Shown: positions 21,488 through 33,766 of the stretch, piece after piece | How the letters are laid out: the number at the start of each line of letters is the position of its first letter | How positions within the stretch are numbered: position 1 is the stretch's first letter | Position numbers and translations under genes: made by a program | The notes under the pieces: model-generated | Told to the model about the DNA's origin: nothing | The model's database searches: none | What the model saw: only the letters and a program-made list of their open reading frames with translations | From: Histomonas meleagridis 2922-C6/04-290x | Lineage: Eukaryota; Protista; Parabasalia | DNA length: 64,000 nt | Assembly: GCA_020184695.1 (NCBI GenBank) | Contig: JAANOX010000033.1 | Location: 374,676-438,675, forward strand | Direction: 5' to 3'

Positions 21488-23449
21488 TTAGACTAACATT
21501 GATAGAATACATGTTACAAAAACAAGAAATACTGTTGGAATAATTTTCCAACCTGAGCTATTATAAGTTTTTCCTGTGAATGTATAAAAATCCTGAATCT
21601 GTGTATCTGGTTCCCCTTTTGCCTTTATTGAGAGCATTTGAGGTACCATTAAAATTTCATCAGGTACATTAATTCCATTCTCTGGAAACTTTAGCAAAAT
21701 TCTATCATGTTCAGTACTAATTTTATATGGTAATATATCAATGTTACCAAATTTTAACTCTGTTATTTGTAATCCACTAAGTTTTTTACCTATTAATAAT
21801 ACATAATTTCCTCCATTTCGAGGACCACGATCTGGAATTGCACGTTGTATATTTATCATTGGAGTTTTTGGAAGGTTTGCACAGGCCTCTGCTGCATTTG
21901 GACAAATGACATATCCTAGTCTTCCTTTTTGATATACTTTTCTACCTTTTCTAGTGCATAAATGTTCTCTTCCATCAGCTAGAATTAAACGAATTTTACC
22001 ATCGGATCCACAACGTGCCTTTACACATATCGGATTTGCTGTTAGAGTTAAATCATATATTGAGCCAATCATTGTAGAAAGAGCACACACACTACCAGGT
22101 CCATAATTTTCAAAACTACGTGTAAAATCAGGGTATTGATTGGGTGTATTTGGATTTCGACAACTAATAAATGTCGGCATAAGTACAGGAGCATAATCAA
22201 GAAGTTCTTCAGAGCCAATGTTACCTCCATCAGGATTTATCCAATAAGATTCATTAGATCCTTTTGGAGGAAATTTTGTGTTAGTACTTCTCATCATGGA
22301 TTCACTTCGTATATCACAATTAGCTTTAGTAGAATAATCATAATAACAATATAATCGGTAAATAGATGAACAGAAATAATCAGAAGGAAATGAAAGTTTT
22401 GGAGGTTTTACCAATACTTCTTGATTTGGAGGAGATGTCCCATGAAGTTTCATATTCATATATACTAATTCTTCCATATAAGTATAGTTAGGATCATACC
22501 ATCCTGAATCATATAAAGAGTTAAAAAAGATTCCAGTGAAATAACCTGGACCATAAGTAACTCCTTGCATAACATCAGTAAAATATAAACGTGAATTAGG
22601 ATGTGAACCAGCTGTTCCAGATCCACCACCATCTTCAATCTCTAGTCCAAGAGTCGCTAGCTTAGGATCATTTACTTGAAAACGATCATTAACCCATTGA
22701 GTTAGACGTGGTGTATTAATAAAACTTTGTGTTAATCCATATGAGTTAACATATGACTGAATAGTATTAGTATATCTTGTTCCAGTCTTTCGGTCTATCC
22801 ATCGATTAAAATGAGAAGCTGAGAAAGCAAGAACATGAGTAAGTTCATGAACAATTGTAACAAAAAATTGATTACTTCCACTTGTTCTGTTTTCAACAGA
22901 TACAGGAACTTTTGCAGGATTAATAGTTACGAGGCCTTCAATAGGACGCCCATAATCATCTGGTTTATTATTTATTAAAATTGTTGATGCAGTTGCTAAT
23001 GTCGTTGATGAATGACCAAATGGACGAGAAACAACAAAAAGATAAAGATCAATCCCTTTAACAGTAGTATTAACATTACTTAACCCATCAATTGGTCTAA
23101 GCTTAAGATCGCCATCATATTGAGTAACATTTATTATATTATGAATGAAGAGTTGGACATTTTTTATTGTTTCAATTAAAATTTCTTTCTTTTGATTTGT
23201 GAGGACATCATTCTCTTGACAAGGATATCCATTTTTAATTTGACCTGGTGAAGTACACTTTTTATTATCTATATCCTTTTGTATTGGTGAAACATCAAAA
23301 TGGACTCGAATAGGTTTCCTATCTGTTGTTTTAAATTTCATTCCTTTTGAACGATAAAGCTTATATGGATCTGCAACTCTCAGATACTTATCTTGCTCAA
23401 TATCATGAGTACATCTAAAGATATGCGAAAGAATTATAAATAAAATCAT
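21488..23449 (-). CDS. GP63/leishmanolysin-like M8 metalloprotease with IPT/TIG-like C-terminal region and membrane anchor
   Basis: Zinc motif VHELTHVL, EDGGGSGTAGSH, TDVM Met-turn, Cys-rich region, N-terminal signal and hydrophobic C-terminus. First ATG at 23449. Confidence 0.93.
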   Translation of the reverse strand: MILFIILSHIFRCTHDIEQDKYLRVADPYKLYRSKGMKFKTTDRKPIRVHFDVSPIQKDIDNKKCTSPGQIKNGYPCQENDVLTNQKKEILIETIKNVQLFIHNIINVTQYDGDLKLRPIDGLSNVNTTVKGIDLYLFVVSRPFGHSSTTLATASTILINNKPDDYGRPIEGLVTINPAKVPVSVENRTSGSNQFFVTIVHELTHVLAFSASHFNRWIDRKTGTRYTNTIQSYVNSYGLTQSFINTPRLTQWVNDRFQVNDPKLATLGLEIEDGGGSGTAGSHPNSRLYFTDVMQGVTYGPGYFTGIFFNSLYDSGWYDPNYTYMEELVYMNMKLHGTSPPNQEVLVKPPKLSFPSDYFCSSIYRLYCYYDYSTKANCDIRSESMMRSTNTKFPPKGSNESYWINPDGGNIGSEELLDYAPVLMPTFISCRNPNTPNQYPDFTRSFENYGPGSVCALSTMIGSIYDLTLTANPICVKARCGSDGKIRLILADGREHLCTRKGRKVYQKGRLGYVICPNAAEACANLPKTPMINIQRAIPDRGPRNGGNYVLLIGKKLSGLQITELKFGNIDILPYKISTEHDRILLKFPENGINVPDEILMVPQMLSIKAKGEPDTQIQDFYTFTGKTYNSSGWKIIPTVFLVFVTCILSMLV

Positions 23450-23669
23450 AAACACAAATATAATTTTTTACTGGTTTTTAAATTAATATACTTAGTATTA
23501 TATTTTTTATAATAATTTAACCCATTCAAGAAAATATTTTTAAATAATTTTGTTAAAAAACCATTTTAATATATATAAATTTCTTTTTGTTTTGTGATTA
23601 CATCAAATTTTATGATAAATATATTACACAATTTTTGCAATTTAATTAAAAAAAATGATTGAAATTCGT

Positions 23670-24878
23670 TTATTGTTGTTGTTGTGGTTGTTCTGTTTCT
23701 TCATGTTCTGCTTTCTTTGCCGTTAATTGCTCATAGCATTTATTGCATACCATCTGTGGCTTCTTATCCGAAAACTGCAATACGATTTTATGTTTTGCGC
23801 ATGCGCTGCAGATGCAATCGCCACAATTTCTGCAATGATGTCTTCTATTGATCAATGTAAATTTGGAATCACATATCATACATTTTGGTACAAGTTCATC
23901 AGGAATCCAAACGGGAGCAAAGTCTGCGTTGCTAGCAGATTGTGGCCATTTGCATCTGAAGATAGATTGAGCTTCTGTAAATGCGGTTAATATCCTATCC
24001 TTAAGCTTAGAGTTATCAAAGTTCACTCTGAAGCTCTTCTTCTTGGTTAAAATGTCCACTGCGTTAAGGAATGGACCTTTATCTTCAACTGATTTAATCC
24101 GATATTCTCCTAATGGAACAAACCTCACAAACTTGTTTCCTTTACCAATAAAAAGACCATCACTAAAGATTATAAGGGTTCTAACATCTTTAGTCTTTCG
24201 AGAAAATTTCGTCGCTTCGCCTTTGAAAAATAAACGTCTTCCGATTTTTGCCACGTCAAAACCGTCGATGTTCTTTTCAAGTCTTTGCATCTCTTCAACG
24301 TCAGCGACTTCGTTGAAGAGGATACTCATTCTTGCTATTTCACTCTTAGAGAGAGACAGGGCATTGTTTAAAGCAAGAGAATCTTCACCATTTACACTTG
24401 AATATTCTAAAAGTGATTCAAGTAAGGGTGATAAAAAGGGTAAGTGTTGTATTGGCGTAAATAGAAGACATTCAACAGAATAATTTGTTTCGTTTTCTAT
24501 TTCTGCAAAGAAATCATCTTTTTCTTTGTCTTTCTTTCTTTCATCTTTAAGATTCTCATAGATTTTATTGAACTTTTGTGTGTAATCAAAGTAAACTGTG
24601 AAGTATTGTTGGATATCGGAAAAGATTTCAGAAATTGGTTTCTGTGGATCGTTTGCATCAATATGTGTTTGAATTGATTGGTTAAGAAGCTCGGTCCTTT
24701 CTATGACAGCAGGTATTCGCTTGAATATAGACCAAAACTTGCTATTTTGATAATCAGGGAATTTATTTTGGAATGGTTTTATGAATTTTTCGTTGAGAAT
24801 ACCAACGACTTCTAGATAGTCATTGATAGATTTTTGTGCGTCCTTCAAATAGGTAACAGATTTCGGAACCTCTGACAT
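23670..24878 (-). CDS. RhoGEF (DH)-PH-FYVE protein, FGD-like
   Basis: DH-like LLFTPIQHLP..LLESLL, PH-like FFKGEATK..RTLIIFSDGL, and FYVE WIPD..CMIC..F..INRRHHCRNCGDCICSAC..VCNKC. Confidence 0.88.
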   Translation of the reverse strand: MSEVPKSVTYLKDAQKSINDYLEVVGILNEKFIKPFQNKFPDYQNSKFWSIFKRIPAVIERTELLNQSIQTHIDANDPQKPISEIFSDIQQYFTVYFDYTQKFNKIYENLKDERKKDKEKDDFFAEIENETNYSVECLLFTPIQHLPFLSPLLESLLEYSSVNGEDSLALNNALSLSKSEIARMSILFNEVADVEEMQRLEKNIDGFDVAKIGRRLFFKGEATKFSRKTKDVRTLIIFSDGLFIGKGNKFVRFVPLGEYRIKSVEDKGPFLNAVDILTKKKSFRVNFDNSKLKDRILTAFTEAQSIFRCKWPQSASNADFAPVWIPDELVPKCMICDSKFTLINRRHHCRNCGDCICSACAKHKIVLQFSDKKPQMVCNKCYEQLTAKKAEHEETEQPQQQQ

Positions 24879-25343
24879 TTAAAGATCGTAAATTTTGATC
24901 TCATTTTTGAATAAGTCTGTTTGTCAAATTAGAAGAAAACGTTAACAAAATCAGTTTGAATTCAATCTGAATGAAATATATCAGCCAAAATCGTTTTTCA
25001 GGAGGCTTTCTCAATACTACGCTTGCTATCATCGTGTTTTTGATGTTTCTAGTAGTTCTTGTTTGGATGAACAAGAGAAGCATTATTGACATTTTTAAAA
25101 TCCCTAATAATTCAAGAATTTAAAGAAAAACAAGGTACGTGAATCACCTACTTATAACAGCGTATTCGATAAGTAAAATGTATTATTTATTATTTGATTA
25201 CCTTTCTTGACCAATTTATAATTTCGCATAAACTCTTTTTGTTTTTGTTTAACTTACTTCGTTCACATACGAAATTTCATCTATTTAATTCACAAGTTTT
25301 ACATATTTTCATTTTTGTGAAAACAATTAAATAAATTAAACAT

Positions 25344-27836
25344 TTATTTACCACACAAAATCCTTCCAATGTAATTCCGTACTTCTCTCGGTACGTCACC
25401 CAAATATTTTGTCGGCTTAATCTTTTCTGGTATCAATCCCGCAGCCTCCAACATTAAAGCCCAAACGAAAGCCTTTGACGCCACAAACAATTCCTTTAAG
25501 CATATTCTTGCGTATTGTTTGATTTCATCCAACACGTCAGCTTCGAAACACTTTAACAATGTCATAAACACTTCGACTTCCAAATTCTCGAAAATATTAT
25601 CATCTTTCAAAGCGACTTCGAACAACTTCAATAGCGAATCCATCATTTTTGATGCATGTGTATTATGGTTTTCATTTTCCTTTAATTTCATCAAATTATT
25701 AATTAACAATTCGGAAAATGTACTTAACAATTCACGTATTCTACCACGCACAAAAGATCTCGCGGTAACTAAAGCAATACGTAATACATCGACTGCTCTT
25801 CTAACAGAAGAATTCGAACAATCGGCAGAAGTCTTTAATATTAATACTGTTGGTCCCCACATTTGATGAATCATTGGAAGTAATTTCTCTTCGCTTTCGA
25901 ATTTAGGAATTGCGCTTATGATTGAATCGAATGCTGCACATTGCATTGATATCGAAGGACATAATATAAAATGTATACATCTATCGACGATATTTTCACT
26001 TTCAGATGGAATTTTCTCGACAACACGTGGAAACATCCTTAGTATAGGCAATGAAAATGTATCACGCGTATCTAAAAGCTCATAAATCTTAGGTAATAAA
26101 TGTGATAATAAATCACTGATGTCGCCATCAACTGATATAATCGCACTAAATACTGTTAATACTTCTGGTGATACATCAACAAATTGTAATCGTGCTATTA
26201 ATCGATCAGTAATGTAATCAACGTTGTTCATTAATAGTTGTGCAATATCTCCATTTGGTGATATATCTTTAAGTACTGCTTTAGCTGTTTGTTCTACTGA
26301 TGGATATGGTGATGCTAAACATTCGATGACTCGATAAAGTAATTGTTGTAACATCGATGTGCCAAATAATTTGGATGACGTTTCTAATGCCATTTCTAAT
26401 GTTAATACTGAACGTGGATTTGTTTCTTTAGGTGTCCACCAATTCGGTTGTTCAATAATCGACATCATTAAGTCAGAACATTCACTATCGGATAAAACTC
26501 CAAAGATATAAAAGATTTCAGGTGCCATTGTTGGGTTTTCTGATAAAATATCAATTAATACTTCAACAAATTCATTTGTAGGTAAGTTATGGATAATCGA
26601 TAAAAATGAATTCATGTGATTACTACTATTTAAATATGGTCGACGACGTAATATAAATCCTCCATCGATTTCACAGATTTTACTGTCACTTGTTTTAATC
26701 TCTGAAACTAATAAAAGTGCTATGGTAAGTGAATTAAGTGATGTAAGAATTTGTGAATCAAAGTCATTGTTTTTCCCTTTGTTAATGGAAATAATACCAG
26801 AAATTGATTGAAGAAGTGAAAGACACTTTTGATCGTCATTGCTACGAGCAATACGTTTGAGATCGTTAATGCACCTCTCAAATTCAGCACTGATTTGAAT
26901 GGAACCGCCAAGTGAAGCAACGATAGATGACGCTTCAGCGCGAACTTGATCGTCAGGATCTGCAACAGCTGCAAATATACATCTGACACATGGTGAAAGG
27001 GAATCTTTAAGAAGTTCACTTCGTTTGAGAAGTAAAGAACCACTTAAAGATACTCTTGATTTCCGACTAAGATTATTATCAAGATTTTGAGAAAATATAC
27101 GCTCAATAAGTTCACTGAGTTTAGAGGCGTCTTCTTCATTTAGTTCAGCTGTGGTCCATAGCCATTCAAGAATCTCAAGAGAAGTAATTATGATTTTATG
27201 ATTATTATTTGGGGTAATTAATGTGGTTAAAGCAACAGAAACACCGGGGAGTATTGATCTAAGTTGATCAACTTGAATTTTCTGAAGTAATTTTTGGAGA
27301 TATTGAACCGATTTAAAACCATGAACAACTGTAGATTTGGTGGCATATTCAAGAGCTGTTGAAATAAGAAATGCTGCTGATTTAACTTCAATTGTTTCTG
27401 GTATTAACTTGATTAAAATTGAAAATGAATGATTTCCTATTTCTTCAAAAAGTTCTCTTTTATGCTCGATTCCATCTTTTAATACAAAGCAAATTAATTG
27501 AGATGCTTCAATTTGACTAACAGATAATTGAATTTTTTTTGATAAAATATCTTCGAAAATTAATAAGATGCCTTCAATTAAAGTAGGTGAAAGATTCTCG
27601 GTTCCTAGCAATGGAAGAAGAGATTTTTGAAATAAAAATGAGATGATATTAAAAGCTGATTGATCAGAAGAATTTAATGCGGTTTTAAACTCATCAAGAT
27701 AAGATGATAATTCACGAATTGCTTTTTTAGAAGTCGGAGCATTCTCAACTTCTGTGATAATATCTACAATTCTACTCCAATCTGTTTTCGATTTTTCCAT
27801 TCGATTTGGCAAACCGAAAATTATCTGGTCGGCCAT
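25344..27836 (-). CDS. TTI1: TELO2-interacting protein 1 (TTI1)-like HEAT protein
   Basis: Motifs LRSILPGVSVAL, NNVDYITD and LLPMIHQMWG resemble conserved TTI1 blocks. First ATG (MADQ) at 27836. Confidence 0.62.
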   Translation of the reverse strand: MADQIIFGLPNRMEKSKTDWSRIVDIITEVENAPTSKKAIRELSSYLDEFKTALNSSDQSAFNIISFLFQKSLLPLLGTENLSPTLIEGILLIFEDILSKKIQLSVSQIEASQLICFVLKDGIEHKRELFEEIGNHSFSILIKLIPETIEVKSAAFLISTALEYATKSTVVHGFKSVQYLQKLLQKIQVDQLRSILPGVSVALTTLITPNNNHKIIITSLEILEWLWTTAELNEEDASKLSELIERIFSQNLDNNLSRKSRVSLSGSLLLKRSELLKDSLSPCVRCIFAAVADPDDQVRAEASSIVASLGGSIQISAEFERCINDLKRIARSNDDQKCLSLLQSISGIISINKGKNNDFDSQILTSLNSLTIALLLVSEIKTSDSKICEIDGGFILRRRPYLNSSNHMNSFLSIIHNLPTNEFVEVLIDILSENPTMAPEIFYIFGVLSDSECSDLMMSIIEQPNWWTPKETNPRSVLTLEMALETSSKLFGTSMLQQLLYRVIECLASPYPSVEQTAKAVLKDISPNGDIAQLLMNNVDYITDRLIARLQFVDVSPEVLTVFSAIISVDGDISDLLSHLLPKIYELLDTRDTFSLPILRMFPRVVEKIPSESENIVDRCIHFILCPSISMQCAAFDSIISAIPKFESEEKLLPMIHQMWGPTVLILKTSADCSNSSVRRAVDVLRIALVTARSFVRGRIRELLSTFSELLINNLMKLKENENHNTHASKMMDSLLKLFEVALKDDNIFENLEVEVFMTLLKCFEADVLDEIKQYARICLKELFVASKAFVWALMLEAAGLIPEKIKPTKYLGDVPREVRNYIGRILCGK

Positions 27837-28446
27837 TTTTGAGGAAATCAAATTTCAAAATTCAATATTGAAGAAGATAAAAAAAATTTCTTATTGTTGT
27901 CATTGATCTCTTAAGCCATTTAATCGAGTATGTTAAAGTTTATGATTTATTGAATTTATTTTTACAAGTGATTCCCCTCATAAAATAAACGTGCACTTTT
28001 TGAAAGCATATCGTTGTTTTTTGGGGTGTACCAATATTATGTTTTTTTGACAAAAGTTTTTTGTTTTTAATCTTCTAGTTAACATAAAGCACCATTCAAG
28101 CAACAAATAAAGCCCACTAAGGTCTTAAAACTTCATATATTTTTTCAACTTACAAATTTATCAAACTAATATTATCATTAATTCCAAGTTATTAATGAAC
28201 ATTTCTAATTACAAGCATCATTTTGAAATTAGTTTTTTATTTGAACAATTTCTCCACCATTTACTTACGTTTGAAATTAACATCATCTAATTTTAAACGA
28301 CAGAATTTCATCTTCCTTATTAAATCCATCTGAGCACATTGACTTTGCATCAATACATAACAGCATAATGAAGAATACTGTTGGGAAGATTCTCTGTTTT
28401 TTTAATAATTAAACAAACCTTTTCAATTTCACCACTGTTCTTCTAA

Positions 28447-30639
28447 ATGAATGAGGATCGAGCACTTCTTTCATTTCTTTCGAAGCTACAACTTAAATGT
28501 GGGAAAGATCATGTTCGAAGTGATTTAGTGCTTAATGCGCTTGAGCAATTTAGGAATAATGAAATATCTAGAGAGCATTGCATTAAGCTGATCATGAATT
28601 TACTTCGTCCTTTTCCTAAACTAGCTGCTCAATTCGGGAGAATTGTTGAGGAAGTCCCTAAACCTCAAACGAGAGTTGGATCAATTTCATCTGATCCATA
28701 TATCAACACTGTAGTTGAATTTGAATTATGGCCGAATGCAATCAAGAATATCCTTTCGAAAGCAAGGAAAGCATTACTTGACCAATGTACTCTTGAAGAT
28801 CTTTTTGTTGATATTGAAAATATTAATAATACTACATCTGGGCCTTTTTGGTTACTTTGGGATCTCTATCATCCTATTCTTCCAAGCTGTTGGTTTATTC
28901 AAGCAATATATGATGGCACTGTTGAAAATGATGCAATTCCAGATCATCTTAAACTTGAAACAGATCCCCTTAAAAGTGATAAAGATCCTGTTTCCCTTAC
29001 ACACAACACTATTATTGATTCTGACCTCGTTTGTTGCTATACAAGTGATTGTCGATTCACACCATTACCAATTGGGTTACTTCGCCATGGCTCATATGGA
29101 CTTTTAGGGCGATCCAAAGTCAATGCGCAATGTTCTGGGCGTAAACTTTTAGATTATTCAGTTACAAATGATCGATGGGCAACAGCAGCATCCGGATCCG
29201 AACGATGTTTTAATCCATCACCGAAGAACCAATTTGAAGAAAAACTATTTATAATGGAAGATGAACGTATTACCACTGATGTTCGTATTTCGCGAATGAA
29301 AAGCACCAATTTACGAATTAAGAAATTAATTGAATCCGTTCTTCATAATAACTTTTTTGATCCTGAAACATTTCCGAAAGGCGTTTTAACATCATTAGAT
29401 GTTCTTACATTAAAAGAATTATATGGCAAAGACTTAAGTATGTTATATAAGAACATCATACAAAATCCAGTTGAAATGTTATCGATTATTAACAGTCGAA
29501 TCGAAGAAAAGATTTCAATGTTTGAAGAAATACGTAATAATAAAGAACGCGAATATTATGAAATCAACAAAAGGAATTATCCAAAGTCACTTGAAGTACG
29601 TAATGTCGAAAAAGTAACAACATCACAAACGACAAAAGAATTCACAAACTTTGATGAAATTAAAGAAATTTTACATTTTCCGAAACGATCGATTGAATTT
29701 ACCATTGATATATTATTTAAAACATTTAAACTCACCAACAATAAAGAGACTACGTTTATCTCGATAATAAATATGTTATTAATATTATTCGGATTAAAAG
29801 GACCTGAAAAAGCGTCAATAAAAGTTAATCCAGTTTTCCCATCGTTACATGAATCGAAATATTATACGAATCAAACGTTTATCATCTCAATTGATATTGC
29901 GATCATATTACAAATGTTTGAGAAGATATTAACAACAATTAATGAGTTTCTCTTAAATGAACCATCACAACAACAAACGAGTTATGATACAATTAATAAT
30001 ACGCGCGGATTAAACTTAGCGATAGCTATAGGTCATGTTTCACAAAACGCATTACATTCGAGTATCGATGAAGAATCACTTAAAGAGATGTTACCACAAT
30101 ATGTAGTTAGTAATAAACATAACGCTGAATTAGAATCATTATTTGATAATCAATCGGATTCGGTTCAACAAACACTCGAAGGATTAAAACGAAATATTAA
30201 TAACTTCATTAAGAACTCAATTAATTTGTTGTTGGATGATTTTAATAATTCATTAATAGAAGCATTAGATTTATATAATAAAAACGAATATATGGCTGAA
30301 ACTCTTACAATCGTTTCAGGTAATAATTATTACACTGCGTTAATAAATGAAAGTGAAAATGAAGAATTTGTCGAAATGAAATTAATTAAAGAAACGCCAA
30401 GAATTACAAAAATTAAAAACTCGTATACTGTGTTGTCACAACATGAAATAGGTCCAATGTTAGTGTCTAATTTGGTATTGAATGAACAACAAGATAAAAT
30501 GTTAAGAACTATTTACTTGAAGAATAAAAGATCAGTGCCAAAGAGAAATGGATTTAGAACTTTGGAGTTTAGATTGTCTAAAAATGGAATCGAATTTAGA
30601 GGCCCTGGAATAAATGTTATGAAAGCTTCAGATGTGTAA
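28447..30639 (+). CDS. SIN3: Sin3-like corepressor (PAH plus HDAC-interaction domain)
   Basis: PAH-like LEQFRNNEI..LLRPFPKL..F; HID motifs SYGLL..CSGR..ND.W..SGSE and KNQFEEKLFIMEDER. Confidence 0.75.
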   Translation: MNEDRALLSFLSKLQLKCGKDHVRSDLVLNALEQFRNNEISREHCIKLIMNLLRPFPKLAAQFGRIVEEVPKPQTRVGSISSDPYINTVVEFELWPNAIKNILSKARKALLDQCTLEDLFVDIENINNTTSGPFWLLWDLYHPILPSCWFIQAIYDGTVENDAIPDHLKLETDPLKSDKDPVSLTHNTIIDSDLVCCYTSDCRFTPLPIGLLRHGSYGLLGRSKVNAQCSGRKLLDYSVTNDRWATAASGSERCFNPSPKNQFEEKLFIMEDERITTDVRISRMKSTNLRIKKLIESVLHNNFFDPETFPKGVLTSLDVLTLKELYGKDLSMLYKNIIQNPVEMLSIINSRIEEKISMFEEIRNNKEREYYEINKRNYPKSLEVRNVEKVTTSQTTKEFTNFDEIKEILHFPKRSIEFTIDILFKTFKLTNNKETTFISIINMLLILFGLKGPEKASIKVNPVFPSLHESKYYTNQTFIISIDIAIILQMFEKILTTINEFLLNEPSQQQTSYDTINNTRGLNLAIAIGHVSQNALHSSIDEESLKEMLPQYVVSNKHNAELESLFDNQSDSVQQTLEGLKRNINNFIKNSINLLLDDFNNSLIEALDLYNKNEYMAETLTIVSGNNYYTALINESENEEFVEMKLIKETPRITKIKNSYTVLSQHEIGPMLVSNLVLNEQQDKMLRTIYLKNKRSVPKRNGFRTLEFRLSKNGIEFRGPGINVMKASDV

Positions 30640-32581
30640 AAATAAAAATATTATGGATATATAACTTCTTTTTAAAATAGAAATAATGTTGATGTTGAAG
30701 TAGTATTCTTTGTACTGTATCAGATTTATGCTTAAATGAGTTCATCTTTCTGTATTATTATTTTAACTTCATTAATTTTAAGTACCTATATTCTTGATAA
30801 TCATGGAACAAACATTTGTCTTTAAAAGCTGCTAAACGATGATAGACACATAACCAAGTTGTTATTTTAAGAAGGAGATATTAAAATTTGGGGCAAATGG
30901 ACTTTTTCCCATACCAAAAATTAAATTAATGAATAATTAAGAGATTAAAAATGGAGGCAAAATATCCTCTCTCAGAGGCAAAAGTGACGCCGCCCATTGA
31001 CACTTTTCTTTACTCATAGATAAAAATATAAATATCTTGATTAGTTCATTAGCCCCTATTAGGACGACCGAATGACATGAATATAAATATAGCACTATCA
31101 TACAATTATATGAGAGACCCTAAAATACAAATAAAATATTTCAATCATCAAATTTTATTTTTTTAAATCAAAAAAAGCCATAAATAGAATTATTAAGGAC
31201 TCCCCGTATGTTACAAGCTTATATATTTTAACTTCCCGTTTCAAATACTCATTGTGTTATTTTTGTCGGAAGCATATGGAACCATCTATGATAATCTATA
31301 ATATTCTTACAACTTAACCCCTTTTTTTTATGTAATTTCAGCCAAATTTCTCAAAAATACAAAGCTTCATTTAATTGACCGTTATACGCGTAAGTCCTTC
31401 AATAAGAAAAATCATTAATGAATAATTTCCTCTTTATTTAAAATTTCAAATTGAAATCTCTGTAATTTTACTGTTTTGATTTGACTTTTTTTGATTACGG
31501 ATTTTATCGCTTCTATAAATAAATCAAATATTTTATCCTCTTTTTTTATTTTTGTTTCGGAAGTAATTTAACTATTTCTGTATTACCATTTTTTGAAATT
31601 ATCAAAATAAAAGTCAAATACAACAAATAAATACTTTTAGCATTAATATCAATTTTTTTATGCTCAAGCAATAATTTAACTATCTCTTTATTTTCATTTA
31701 AAAATGCTGTAAATTTGAATATAACAAAGGATCATAACAATCTATATCTTGAAATAATGATTTAATTGCTTATTTATGTTTATTTGATTGTATATTTTTC
31801 AAACCATCTATGTATTCATCTCTATTAATCAATTAATCTTTCTATAAACTTAAAAAACAATTTATAAGTTCTAGATTGTGGTCAAAATGTTTGCTCAACT
31901 AAACGAATCATATGTATTATACATAAAACAATAATTGTTTCAGGCATTGTTTCTTATATTGCGAATTTATGTGATTTTAATCTATCAACTATAATTTCTC
32001 TTGGTGATCCTTTTGAATTATGTCACTTGCGATTTCTTTTTGAATCAATTGAATATAAATGTACATTAGCAGCTGCTATCTACTGATTTTCGATTTTATC
32101 ACTATGTAAGATTGTTTCTCCTGATATATGAAGTATTTTAATTCTGCTTTGTATGTTAAATAATTTTATTACGAGTTCCATTTGATAAACCCATCCAACT
32201 TTTATGAAAATCTCGAGTGATTGGATGTGTGTGAAAGAAATTACTATTGATTAGTATAACTTTTTTCTTAAACATGATTGATTTTGAATTTAATATATCT
32301 GTATTTCTTCAGAGTACTTTTTGATTTTGCTCTACATCTCCATTAAAATGGCATTTATATTCCCAATATTCAACATTTTTATAAGATTTTTTTTTCTTTT
32401 ATTGTTAATCTAAAAAAACATTTTTTTCGGCCAACGGGTATCTTCCATCGGCCAATGGGTAATTTCAATCGGCTCGCGTCAAAACCGCAACAGCTGAAAA
32501 GTGCCGATGATTTTTCCTCCTATTTTATTTCAAAAGTGCTACAAAGAAATCTCAGGTGTTTTTAATTGATTAACAATAAAT

Positions 32582-33766
32582 ATGAAAAACCAAAATTCAG
32601 AAATAGAATGGGAGACTTTTTTATCAATTAGCCAAATAGTTTCTAGTTTAAATAAAGAAAATATTATTCGATCAGCAAATTTAATAATTAAAAAATTTGA
32701 CGATATTTATCCATTATCTTTTAATATAATTATTAGTCAAATAGTGTATTCATTCTTTGTTGCAAGAATGAATTCGTCTGTTATATATTTAAGTTTATTA
32801 AATGAAATAGAAAAATTTGAGGAAAACAAAAACTTCAATTCCAAGATTATTGATGTGTTTTTACATTTTCTTAAGAGCGAGGGTACACAGGAATCATATT
32901 ATCTTGTTAAAGATATGATTGAAAATAATTTTATCGAACAAAAAATTGTTAAAACTATGAATTATCCATTATTTGCACATTATATGTCATATCAAGAAAT
33001 TGAAAATATAAAACAAAAACATTTCACTCAAGAAATCATTGAAAATTATGAAGCATTATCAAAGAATGATTGGGAACTTCATAAACAATTAATTAAAGAA
33101 GGACATAATCCAAATGAAATTGCAAAAATAATTAGAAATGATGAAATAGAAAAACTTCAAGAAATATCAACGCAAACAAATTTTGATTTTGATCAAAAAA
33201 TTGAACAATCACTTTATGAACGATGTTCATATATAAATCAAGAAGATGTATCATTAATTGATTATGCAGCATTTTTTGGATCAATTAAATGTTTTAAATA
33301 TTTACTTATGAATGGCTCTGATATCGAAAATACCGGTAAATATGCAGTTGCAGGTGGAAACATTGAAATAGTTCATTTGTGTGAACAAAATCATTCGACA
33401 TTTGAACAAAATAATTCATCATTTGGAGATGCATATGAAATAGCAATTAAATACTATAAAAACGATATCTTTAAATATCTTTATGAAAATAAAATTATAC
33501 AAGTTAATAATTTAGAAGAATTAGGAAAGAAATGTGTTTTATATCATAATTATGAAATTTTATCATATTTGCTTGGAGAAGGAATGAAAATTAATGATGA
33601 TATCATCAATGAATCAGCAAGAATTGGTAATTTATATCTTGTAAAATATTTTCTCAAAGAATTTCTCCCACCAGAAAGCATTTTAGTATTTTCTTCTGTA
33701 TCAGAAAACATCGAGCTTATCAATTTACTTCTTAAACATAAACGAATTGAAATAAATGCTAAAGAT
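32582..33766 (+). CDS. Intact N-terminal part of DUF3447-like/ankyrin gene 2
   Basis: ATG-initiated open frame with QSLYERCS..SLIDYAAFFGSIKCFKYLLMNG, ending at EINAKD where the first spacer begins. Confidence 0.75.

Noticed and set aside
30700-32560. Long intergenic stretch with patches of codon-like composition and cggcc-rich motifs (also 18030-18210)
   Set aside because: No ORF of 60 aa or more and no recognisable motif; I could not define TIRs or homology with confidence.
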